A stretch of DNA of 64,000 nucleotides from Takakia lepidozioides. Taxonomy: Eukaryota; Plantae; Bryophyta. Made by a program: the position numbers and the translations under genes. Position 1 is the stretch's first letter. Every line of letters starts with the position of its first letter. The stretch is from positions 36,580,001-36,644,000 of the forward strand of contig CM060734.1 of NCBI GenBank assembly GCA_030704615.1, written 5' to 3'. Below are positions 25,301 through 37,300 of the stretch, piece by piece. A model generated the notes under the pieces. That model was not told the DNA's origin. It worked only from the letters and a program-made list of their open reading frames with translations, and did no database searches.

Positions 25301-28300
25301 CTCCCGATTGTTGAGGAAGAACCTGCGGTCAGCCTGCCCATTGAAACCATGATCTTGGTTTTGCTAAGGTTGACCTGCAGCCCATAGTCTTTGGAGAACT
25401 GTTCCAGGATGTGGAGATGGCGCGTTGCAGGATAGAGGAAGAGGAAAGACAGGGTGGGACAGAGATTGTGCCAAAAAAGGCAACATCGTCCACGGAGATT
25501 CGATAGTTGTGATTGATCTATAAAGAAAGAAAAGAAAAAAAAAATTTAAAGCCTGGGGGATCCAGAAGGGGCCCATGGGACAGTAGAACCACAAGAAATA
25601 AAAAGAAAAAAGGTCTCGGGTACTAAGTATTGCACCAAAGGAGACAAGAGGAGGATGTGTCGTTGTGAGAGATAAGCCAGATAGTATCCTACGGTGTCTC
25701 CCATTTGCTTTGTGCTCCCCACACCACAACAAGACAGAGAATGAGAGACATCTTGCCTGAATTGGAGGCTCAATGGAAGGGCCATCACCCCATCCGATCA
25801 TCAATGGAAGCATCAGTAGCTGGCAGGCCGCAAAGCTGCAAAGCTCGTACGCGGTCCAGTCTCAGCTTTCAGCGGGGGTAGAGGTGGTTACCAATATTGT
25901 GCAAGAACATCTATGGCCTCTGAGCACTGCTCAACATCTAACAATGAAATAGTGAGGAAGTTGCAATTAAAGGATTAATTAAGCAATACCTGGATTCTAA
26001 TAAGCAAGCTTTTACTACAATAGCCTCACAAACCACAAATTCAAGGGATATAGCAGATGAGAATCTTGGTAGCTAGCTGCCATGACTCTCTCATAGCCGA
26101 CAGCATATCTCTAGAGAATAATCTCGCTCTCATAAACTAAAATTCAAAAATCAGGATTTGTTTATCAAAAAAAAGCAAGTAAGAGTTCCAATTGAAAGAT
26201 GCTGAATCATAGCCTTTTCCGATCCATATCAGCTTCAAAGCAACACTGTACACTCAAATATCAATAACTGAGATGGAAAAACAAATTAAGAGAAGCAGGA
26301 ACCTTGTATTTCTGCAGACACTGCTTAGCATGACGAACTGAGAAGTCCTTTTCTGTTTCGGGCCCCAACAGCATTGCAAGCTCATGCACCTGCAATAGAA
26401 GGTCAGAGAGAAGGGTACTTTAGAGAAACACGGCATGTCCAGCGACCCAACTAAGATATTAGCAGGGTCCAGGTCACATGTATTTCATCCATTCATTAAA
26501 AAATTGCCAAAAAATACTCCGGCCCTGTTTCCCACCGAAAGAGGAAAGAAAAGAAAAGAAACGAGCTGGAACTTTATAACGTCCGCAGAAAGCTCAAAGA
26601 GCTTATGGGACAGAAGGAAAACAAGAAACAAGAAAGAGAATAAAAGACAAAGAATGAAGCCAGAAGCAGCTCAAAAGCAACTACTGCTCAAGGGATTGTC
26701 TAAGGGTCAGCTTCATGCAGATAAGCTGCCAAGCATTTCTGATCCTTACAATGGAAGACTTCTGTGAGGGATTGGGTTTCACGGAACAGACGGTGGAATC
26801 TCCCACAGATCTCATAGTAAAGAGGGCAGTAAAAGAAGAAGTTTTCTTCAGTTGCATGGTGGGCATCCGCGGTCTTCTCGCTGCAAGTTTTCCCACCTAC
26901 CAGTCTCTATGCGTAAATTGTGGGAGCCCACCTGATTGCCCCAATGCCTCTCAGAAGAGAGGGAGATAAAGTTGCAGATAAGTAATTAGGCCACAAGATT
27001 CTCTCAGTAGAAATGGACTTTTGTTGTTAGAGTGGCTGGCTTCCATGAAGTTCCACAAGTTCTCTTCTGTTCATTCTGTTGCGATCCTGTTCAGACGTGA
27101 TTTCCATCCCTTCTGTATTTTGTGGCAATAGGGAAGCAACAGAGAGTCCATTGCGCTCAAAAAAATTGCACACCAGAGTATATTAGGAGGGCTTGAAGCC
27201 TGCTGTATGGAGCCTGATAGTTGTTTTGAGGGCCCTTGCTGTGAGGCCTGTGGGGTTCAGGGCTTGTAAGCTTGTAAGTAAGATTGTAAGCCGGAAGAGG
27301 GCCTTGGTTTGAAGGGGCACGCATGCAAACTCCGCACATAGAATGTGTGATGGAGTTGTGCCTTGAGCACCAAGCATTGGTTGGAGGAAAGATTTCTCCC
27401 ACCAGGAAACTGGGACACAAGGTGCCCAGAACTGCAGCCACAAGTGGCGGCTGGGGTGACAAAGGTATCAAAGAGCCACTTTTTGGTTGGCAGATGGCAC
27501 AGATGTATCTGCTTACATTTGGCCTGAAGGTGAATGGAAGCAGCCCTACCCTTCGTGTCCGTAGCAGTTGAGGCAAACTGGAATTTGGGTGAGTGGATAA
27601 CCAGACCCAGGTAAGTATAGGATTTGACAACCTCAATGTCCTGCTGATTGTAGTGGAATCTGCAATCCGCATGGCCATTGAAAACCATGATCTTAGTTTT
27701 GCTAAGATTGACCTGCAGCCCATAGTATTTGGGGAAGTCTTCCAGTATGCGAAGGTGGCGTTGTAGGAAGACAAGAAATTGTGCCAACGAAGCAACATCA
27801 TCAGCGTAGAGAAGTACTGATTGTGTTGTCCACCATCCAAAGGACCCCTACTCCATGATTCTTTGAAATGTACCCCTCCAAAGCATCTATGTAGATCCCA
27901 AAAAGGGTAGGTGAGAAAGGGCTGCCCAGTTTGACGCCAATGTTGCTATGAACTTCTGCCGAGAATCCTCCTGCAAACTTGACCATGCCAGAAAGAAAGA
28001 ACAAAAGAAACTTGATAACGCCCAAAGGGGCACTGAGGGCCCGTGGGACGAAATGGAGAGACAAGAAACCAAACCATCAGGTAACTGAAGGCAGGAACAA
28101 AGCTCATGACCAATGCATTCAATCCTTTGTAAAGTTCTGAGGGCACCCACAGCAGGTCAGAAATATAGAGATCACATCTGCATGCAAGCCATGCAAAATA
28201 AAAGGTGATCAAATCACGTTCTTGAAAGACAAGCAGACACCAGGAATGAAAACGCAAAAATTTGTCCCAACAGGTCCAGAACCAGAAGGGCCAAGTTTGC

Positions 28301-31300
28301 CAAGGAGAGTGAATGAATGTTTTTGAGGAAAGTGGACATAGTAAATATATACAGAAAAATGTTGTACCTCAAAAAACTAGATGCTTGAAACCAGCTGGGT
28401 TTCCTATTGTCCCTTAAATGTTCCGCCCTCTGCCTGTGTATTTTTGTCCTGAAAGATCTTTAACATAGTCGAATGCCTCCTACAAGAGAAGAGGCACCCA
28501 TTCTCATGATGTCTTGTCTTCTCGGCTCTCCAAATCATGCACAAGGTCTATGGCTATAAGGCTACTGCAATCAACCTCTTTTGAGTGAGTTCTACATCCC
28601 TTTCTAGTGGCTTACCAAGAGGCACTCCAATGTGCCACTTTGTATTGCTTAGGAGATGTTGGGACAAAAATGTCTCATGGTAATTCTGTGAATGTGTACT
28701 TGTAGGAACCTACCAAGGCTACCAGGATTATTTCTTATTTTGGTTACGTTTGATTGTCAAAAATCTCATTTGAAACTCCCTTGTGGTCCCATAAGTCTGG
28801 GCGTAGAGAGAAGACTCCGGCCGAAGCCGACATAACTAAGAGCCACTTCACCTTTCGGCTAACGCCCCCTTTTGGAGGTGGGCCCTATGTCATTGGGACT
28901 AGCGTCTCTTCAATGTGGAGGTTGGTTGTTTCCAGCTTATGTTTGTTCGTAGTAATCAGTGTGAGAGGTCAGATGGCAGTGAGATGTATAGCTTGAGGGC
29001 AAACAATGTATATTGGGTCCAGGTTATTGTGTGTTGAGACTTCGGGTATGGATACCGCCACGGACCCCACTATGAGTGATCGAGAGAGGTCCAACCTTCC
29101 ATCCTCGATGTGTAAGTGCAAGAATTAGAGAGCATACTTTCCACATTTAGAATGCAGCACTTAATGTGGGCATAATATATTTTCTTCTTCTTTGGGGAAG
29201 GGTCTACCTTTGGCCAGTCATCCTGTCGAAGGTACAGCTCCAGTGCTTCAGAAATGTTGCCCAGTTTGACAAGCTGGGCAGCTTCTCCCTTTTCCACCAG
29301 ATGTTCCTTATACAGCTCATCGACATACTGCATCCCCATCCACCAAGAAGAACTTAAAATGACAAGCACTTGAACGCAGTATGCTTGCTCTCACCCTATT
29401 GAAGTCCCATCTCTGCGTCTACAAACACTGAAAAACGACCAGCGTCCCTTAAATATGTGTTTGAGGCCACTTCACTTCAGCAATGGCAGTAAGAGCTGAA
29501 ATTTTGTTGCAAAATATGTGATTTTCTTTGAACCAACAACCACCCTGAAACTCCATACTGTAGGGCAGTTTGTGCCATTGATCCCCATGTGACCTTCTGC
29601 TAGGGTTCTGTCTATGAAAGTCTTAAATAGGTATGTGGAACACCATCACCTCCTTACGAAGGGGGATAGGGACTATTTTAAGGATCCCTTGTTGGGATCC
29701 ATGGTGTTGTCATAGTAAAGAGGGCACCCCTTCCCTTCCATAAAATTTTCTCTCCCCTCCAGCTAGCAAGATAATTCTGGGCAACCGTGAAATAGAAAAT
29801 ATGCTAAGGTTTGTTGAAACCTGCTGCAACTGCGGGCCAAAGCTAGAGCCAAGCCTTCGTGCCTTGTCCCACTGCCCTGCCTGCATGTACATATTTGATG
29901 CCTGCACCACCACGCTCCCTGCCCTCATGTGTCATCTACTTCTTCGCCAGGGAAACGGCACAATCCTTCATAGCAAACTGTAGACTAATCAATTTCAAAC
30001 AATTTCTCGTCCCCACTTTTTAGCTGACTTGGTCCTTACTCTTCCCTGGTTGCAAGCCTCTCAGCTGTATGCCTCTTTCAACTTGGGGCGTATAGTTGAA
30101 GGCGGTAACAAGCCAACTCTTGCTGCAAACCCTCTAGTTGTCCAAGTCCATCAGAGCTTGTTTCGGTCCCAACCTCCTGTGGATTCTTCTTCTCCAAGGT
30201 TAGTGCAGATATAGTGTCCATAAGCCTGGTCTTTGCATGACACACAAACATGGCTCTACTGAGCTGATTTCTAGCCTAGAGCAAGACGACTAGATACAGA
30301 CCTCCCTCAGGGCATTGATGTCTTCATAGAGCTCGGCAGCATCTTCAAAGCGGCCAGCTGCTGTAAACCGTTTGGCTACCACACCCACCACCTCTGAAAG
30401 CCGCTTTGGGACAAATTCTTTTGCTAGTTTGACAGCCATGGCCCACACCTGATACCCACCATTGGTGTCACCAAAAGAAGTGATTCACGGGATGAACCCT
30501 CTTCAACACCACAGAAGCATGAGATCCGAGTGACCTTAGTGAAAGCTGCATACATAGAACTCTAATAGGTCCCGAATCATTCGCACCAGCAAAGGACAGT
30601 AACAATGGAGAACTCCATATGCAAGCATGTATAATGTAACTTTGGCAAGATTTCACCTGCTCAAGCTTGTCTGTGTTGGGAATGAGGGTGGAGTCCAGCT
30701 GGAGGTAAAGATCAACAGCCTCCGTAAAGTTCTGGCTATGTTCAAGTGCACGTCCACGTGCTAGATGGCTTTCAATTGTCTCCTCTCCTCCATTTTGACT
30801 GCAACAGGTGAAACAAGAGCTTATAGAGATAACGGTTGAAGCTCTCTGTTGATGTCTTGTTGTTCTACTTTGTCCATTGGCCCCATCTCCCCGCTTTCTC
30901 TAGCACAGGTCTATGGCCAAGGCTGCAGCAAGACAGTCTAATGAGTACGATTTCTTGGAGCTAAGTGAGGTCAGTGGCCACAATGCCTGACTTTTTCTCT
31001 TGAGGGGGTGACCAAGTGGTGGCCATTTTTGCCACACCTGTGCATAACCAGGAGGCCCTGGGTTTTACATTCAGTACAGACACCTCCATCCATTGGATCA
31101 GTGGGGAAGTGCTTAAAGCAGTATGCTCTGTAGATTGCTGGACATTTTCCTCTTTTTTCCTCTTTTCATTACCTTTGCATGAATGCTGCAAGATCACAAT
31201 GGATGTCCGACAGTTTTGAGGGCAAGAAGTTCTCAGCAATGCGAAGGGCATCCTCCCACTGCATCTTGTCTCTATACATCATCACTGCAAGGTCGGGCCT

Positions 31301-34300
31301 TTTTGCCTGGCCAAACCAAAGACAAGGTCAATCAGTTGCAATAACTGCCATGAACTAAGCTGCCATGCATTTCATAGATTTTCATCTGCATTATAAAGTA
31401 GATTTTCATCTCTTGTGTGATTTTTTATCTCTTGTATGAGTGGGAAAGCAAGTTTCTCTTAGTGGAAGCTATGAAGTTTGACCATTGTGGGTTAACGACT
31501 TTGTTTTTCCCTCGGTTGAAGAGAGTCTTCCTTGTCTTGGACCCAGTAGTGCAATGTGTGGAAGTGGATGTTTGCCAACAGTGGGGACAGGTGGCTTCCC
31601 TGTGGGGTGTCCCCCCAATGCTTTTGAGGGTCCAGCCTCTACCGGTAGTCTCCCCGTATCCCACTCTTAGCACCTCCCAAATGAATCATATGAATCTCTT
31701 ATCTCCGATCTTTTTCTCCAACAGGTTCACCAAAATTTGGTGGTTGATTGAGTCGTAGTATTTTGTTACAACCCCTTCCAACGCCCAGTGATGGTTTCGC
31801 GGCCCAGTCCTAATTGACCGTGGGGCCGAGCGGCCTGAACGGAAACCTGGAGAAGTGCCGAGGGAGATCGGTTCAAATCATTTCAAGTATTTCCCAATTA
31901 CTTCCTTCTAGTTGAAACTGTTCCGAGCGAAGTTCCTGGAGGGTTTCCTGTATCCAGGTTTTTCTGATGCCGTCTAATGTTTCTGTTTCGCCGTTAGGAG
32001 CCGGCGTGATTGCCCCAGGATGGACTTAAGACATTCGTACACCAACTCGATCAGGTCCTCTTCGAGTAGGAGTCTGTAGAGGTTAAGGTCAACGTGGTTG
32101 AGGTTTCCTCTGTTATTGTTAAGAATGGAATGCAGTTCACTCGCTATCAGGTTATCCGTTTGTCTGACTAGTGAAGTTCCTACACGCCTGCACGCCTAGC
32201 TCGCGTAGCAGGGGTATAGCAAAAATAGTTTTTTGAACCCCGTTTGTTGGGGGCCTCCTCGGCAAGGTGAAGTGGCGGGTCACCTGCCGTCCCGTGCTTG
32301 ACAAGAATGGCGTCATCCGGTTAGGTGTCGGGATTGGGAACATCGGATCCTTCGTAGCGGGTGAGGCGTACTTGGGCCTCGCAATTGCTTGTGCCCTTGA
32401 CTTTCTGGCTGCTGGGATTTCGGGGGAGTTGACGCATTGAGCCGGTAGGGGGTCCGCCAGGTTCGCCCCCTGTTGGTGCTGTTTACATTGTTGCTTTTGG
32501 TTCCTCCCGTTGCACCTTCATGGTTCCATCTTTCGGAAGCCCCCAAAGGAGGGTTTCTTTCACCCCCCTCATTTTTGCTTGTGGGGTCTCCCCTACACGC
32601 CAACTAGAGAGAGAGTACGTCTGTCTGTCGCCATCCCTTATGCAAGGTTATGGCGAAGTGAACGTCATCCATTCTGGTTAGCACGTCGCATCCCACTATA
32701 TAGTAAACGAGGAGATAAATCCGACAGCAAATGATATGGGTGTTTTGAATTTTTGGTCCTCCCCACATGGTACGAGATAGTCAACATACCTTAAGAAAGA
32801 GAACCTCTGCTTTGGTTAGCTCCTTCTTTTTCATCAATAGCTGTGCTTGGGCCACCTGTATTCACCCCAGAAGGTAATCATAAAAACCATGCAAGAAGAA
32901 AGCACCAAGGGTTCAACCCTATTAATGTAGGATTGCCTGGCCCACCCTGGACCTGACAAGTGAGCCAGTCCCTCCTACTGGCGAGGCAATCCCTGAATGC
33001 ACCCTTAGGTCGTATCTCCATTGACAGGAGCCGGTCCTGGTTCAGTGGCAGACCCGTCAGGGGGTTCGCAAACAGGTGACATGTCTGCATTGACTTGCCA
33101 TTGACCCTAACACATGAAGGTGATGTTGTTGGAGGGGTGGCTGGTTAAAAATAATCCCACCTACACTCAATGGAAGATGGAACTACTGGCCATCATGTGT
33201 TGCAAGCGTATGCTAGCTATGGTAGCCTCTTGATGATGATGATACTGATATGTTCTCTTGCCCTTCTCCAAAGATGGCTGGCTGGTTGCCACACTTGCAA
33301 GGGCTACCTGCTCCTCCAGCCTCACCTCACAAGGAGGGGTGGAAGGAGCCGGCTCCGGCAGCATCGCCAGGCCTCTATCAAGACGAGAACCCATCAGTGG
33401 GGACATTGGTTTTCCTGGTCCTCGTTATATTGCATACCATTTCTCCTGGGGCAGTTCAAGGTTTTCACCCACAGATTCTCCTCAGCCCAGAGTTCCCACA
33501 GCCCTTGCACACAATCCGTGAAGCTGCCACAGAACATAATTGTAAATAGCATATCCTTTTAGTTGTACAGATGTGCCACATTGGGCCAAGGTTGCTCATC
33601 CACCTGCCAGTACTGATGTCATGACAAGGGGGTAAAGAGAAAGGACGGGAGAAAGGGACCTCAACATCAGCCATGGCAGCAGGGTCACATAAATCAGCCA
33701 CCCGCAAAGCTGCTGCCCAGTCCTGTTGATGAATGTACATGTCGATGGCCTCACGGGGTTTCCCTACTTTAATGAAGGCGTCTTCTGCATCCCTGAAACG
33801 ACCCTCATCTTCCAAAAACATTGCATATTTTAATTGCACCTGTGCAGACGTAAATAGATCTCAAATCCACTGGGGTACACCATCTGTGTATTCTAAACTG
33901 AAGCCTCTGGAATTTCCTCCGACATCATCCCTTACAGGGCTACACCTCAAAAGAGACGCTTCTTAAGGAGGAGGTGACAGTATGGCTGCTATCTAAGAGG
34001 AGTTGGCAAGCCTAAAGAAGAGCAATAGAAAACTATGAAAGAGAACAAAATAGCAGAGGATGAAGAGGAAACAAGGATAGTAGGATAGGTACTCTATATA
34101 CGGAAGTAAATAAGAACCTTTGAGATGAATGTTTGTGTGGGGAGAAGGAAAGGATTAATTGGTAGTATGTGAAAGTAGAGCATTTTACACCATGCCTCAT
34201 GAGTTGATTGTGATGTACCCTTGAGGAAGAAAAAGCTTTAATCAAATTGTGAAAGACAGAAAATAAAGAGAAAGAAGGAAAGCAATCTTATTTCATCCAC

Positions 34301-37300
34301 TGATATCCTAGTGAGCTAAGAGGGACTAGTAAAACCACACCTCATTATCTGCACGAAGATGGAGCATCTCGTGAAGGTAGGCTGCCAAACATTTGTGGTC
34401 TACAAAGCTAATGCTTCTGCCAGGATGGGAGAGAAAACCTCTGGAAGCTTGTGCTTCAAGGAAGCACGGCAAAGATCAAAGGCATGCTCAAAGGCTCCTG
34501 CCTCCATAGCATATTCAATTGCCTGTTCCACCAACCCCAGCTTGACCAGCAACTGCGCTCCTGTTTCACCTCCCAGGGACACAGCCCAAGCATATGCCAC
34601 CTAACTCCAAGAATGTCCAACTCCAAGCCCTAAATACATGGAGGAAAAGGTGATATTTTATAATTTCGCTTGGGAAGAAGTTATTGCCAATCCACTCTCC
34701 TAGACCACTTGACCCATTTGTAAAGGCTAGAGGGTCTAAGCACCTGCTTGGAGCCGTTGATTCCCCCAAAAAGCTTAGCCACTCGCATCGCGTCTTCCCA
34801 CAGACCATTTGCACTATACATCTGCCAGCAAGACAATGTTACACTCTAGAGGCAGGTCTTACCCTTAGTTGATATTACAGAGACAATTTGCAGGCAAGTA
34901 CCTTAACAGTGCTCTTCCAGTCCTGTGCGCCCAGGTAGTGCTGCTCAGCATCCCTCAACGAACCTGCTCAACACCACGTAAACTTATGAAAGTTGAATGA
35001 AAACCTGTTGCTGGAAATCAACAGTGAACACTGTATGACTAACAAGGGAGTATCTGTCATGTGGCTCTGTGAGCTAGAAATTACAGTTGAGTATTACCCT
35101 CGCTTTCAAGTTGCTGGGCGAGATGAAGATGGGTTTCAAGCAGTAAATCCTGCAACAGCCATTAAGAAAATGAGCGAATGCATAATGTAAGATGGAAACA
35201 CACTTTCGTAAGTATGGGTAGCACTTTGATTCTCTCAAGCTAAAACTTGTTCACGGCATAGGTTTTAAGTCCATCTTCTAACCCAAAACCTGAATGATCC
35301 TCCATGATCCAACCAAAAATGCTTGGAGCAGTGGAGAAGAACTGGTAGAGCCCCAAGAAGAGGGTATCAAACCCGGCGGTGCTTGGCAACAAGGCGAATC
35401 ATGTGGTCAAAGATACGCGCTTTTTTGTACATATTAATTGCCAGGTCATGCTCCAGGGCGTCAAGATACAGCTTTTCTGCATCCTTGTACCGCCCCATTG
35501 CCTCCAATTCTCCAGCTCGCTGTAGATATAGGGCTGATGCTTCTGCCTCTGACAAGTACCGGGCTGCCACCTAGACAGAGTCGTTTGGTCGAGGGCTATT
35601 TGGTGGAAGATAGTATAATATACTGAAATAGGCAAGTGAGCAAGTCCAAAGAAGCAGCAGCAGAAAATCACCTACTTCCACTGGAAACCCAAACGGGCTT
35701 TGGGACAAATGGAATTCTAGATGTGAGAGAGGAGGACAGGAACTTTAAACATCTACACGAGGAGAGAGAGAGAACTTGATGTGCAGCTTCCCACTTGTTG
35801 GCACGAATATACATTTCTACAGCCTCGCTCGCCAACTTGGCCCTCACAAAATAAATTTCAGCTTCAGTATACTGCTTTGCTGCCTCAAAGTGGCGGGCCA
35901 GCCTCTTGAAAAGGGGGAGTGCAACCTGAAGATGGAGCTTCTACATCAGCATTTAGACAAATTTTCTCACTGTCACCCTCAAACAGACTGTCCTGGTTGA
36001 GTCCATACCCAACTGGTTTAAATAGCCTCCAGGATACATCATAGCCAACAGTACCGAGAACAATCAATCAGACAATAGGTCACTCCACTAGGACACAACT
36101 GGGCACTCAATGGGACAAAAGAGATCAACCTTTGTGTCTTGTGCCTCTACAATTTGAACAGCTTTGGTCCACTGACGTGACGTGATGGCAGATTCAATAG
36201 CCTTGGTGCTGCGTCCCGCTTCAATAAAGTGATTGATGGCAGCGTCAACCTGTAACGTCCTTGTCATTAAAGAATCCAGAGAAATTTAGGGTGGAAAATT
36301 TTAGACAACAATCAGGGTACCTCGATTGTCAGGCCAGTTGAAAATTATGTTAGATTAACATAAAGAATCTTGACCGCATGATCAGTTTTGGTTGGGGATA
36401 TGTTTCTTGAAAGACATCGACTTGGAATGAGGACAACTCTGTTCTTTGCTTTCTGAGAACTTCTCTTCATAAATCTTCTTTCACTCTTCTCCCTGGAGAT
36501 TTAGTTGCTTTTGGGCTGTTTGTGGCCCCCCTCTCGTTATAAAGCACCATTTCATTTCTCTTCTTGTTTCTTTCATCCGCGGACGTTATAAAGTACCATT
36601 TCATTTCTTTTCATTTCCACTTGTCTCACAAGCCCGGTGAGTTTCCCACCGACGTTATAAAGTACCATTTCATTTCATCTCATTTCTCTTTCTTCTCAAA
36701 AGTACCATCCCATTTCAGACCAACAGGGCCAGGGCTTTAGGCAGTCTGCGGATAGAGAATGGTAGGTGGGAAAATCTGCAAATGAAGACTGACTATGCCC
36801 CGCTTGCGTTGGGAACTACAGGTGAATTAAAAGTGAAGAATATTTTTTCTTTCACTGCCCTTTATACTACGAGATTCAACTGCTTATTCTCGGATAACCA
36901 ATCTCTCGCGGAGGTCTTCCAATATGAGGATCAGAAATGCTCGGCAGCATTCCTGCATGAAGTGTTGACTCTCAAGCCAATCCCTTGAGCTTTAGTTGCT
37001 TTTGGGCTGTTTGTGGCCCCTCTCTCTTCTTGTTTCTTTCCTGCAACGGGAGGACCGCCTATGCCCAGCTTGCACCGGGCGCAACCGGAAATTGAAACTG
37101 AAGAACACTTCTTCTTTTATTGCCGTCTATATTATGAGATCCGTGGGAGATTCCACTGTCTATGGCATGGAACTCAATCTCTCACTGGAGTCTTCCACTA
37201 TGAGGATCAGAAATGCTTGGCAGCTTACCTGCACGAGGCCTTCACCATTAGACAATCCCTTGAGCACTAGTTGCTTTTGGGCTGTTTTTTGGCTCTGATT

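Noticed and set aside
28368-28480. Exon-like segment with AG/GT boundaries in an IFT172 intron
   Set aside because: Stops in all three frames, and the flanking exons (DDWPK|VHELA) already join without it.
33225-33310. Candidate IFT172 exon [10 protein letters not shown]
   Set aside because: No homology; the expected peptide is encoded at 32790-32855.
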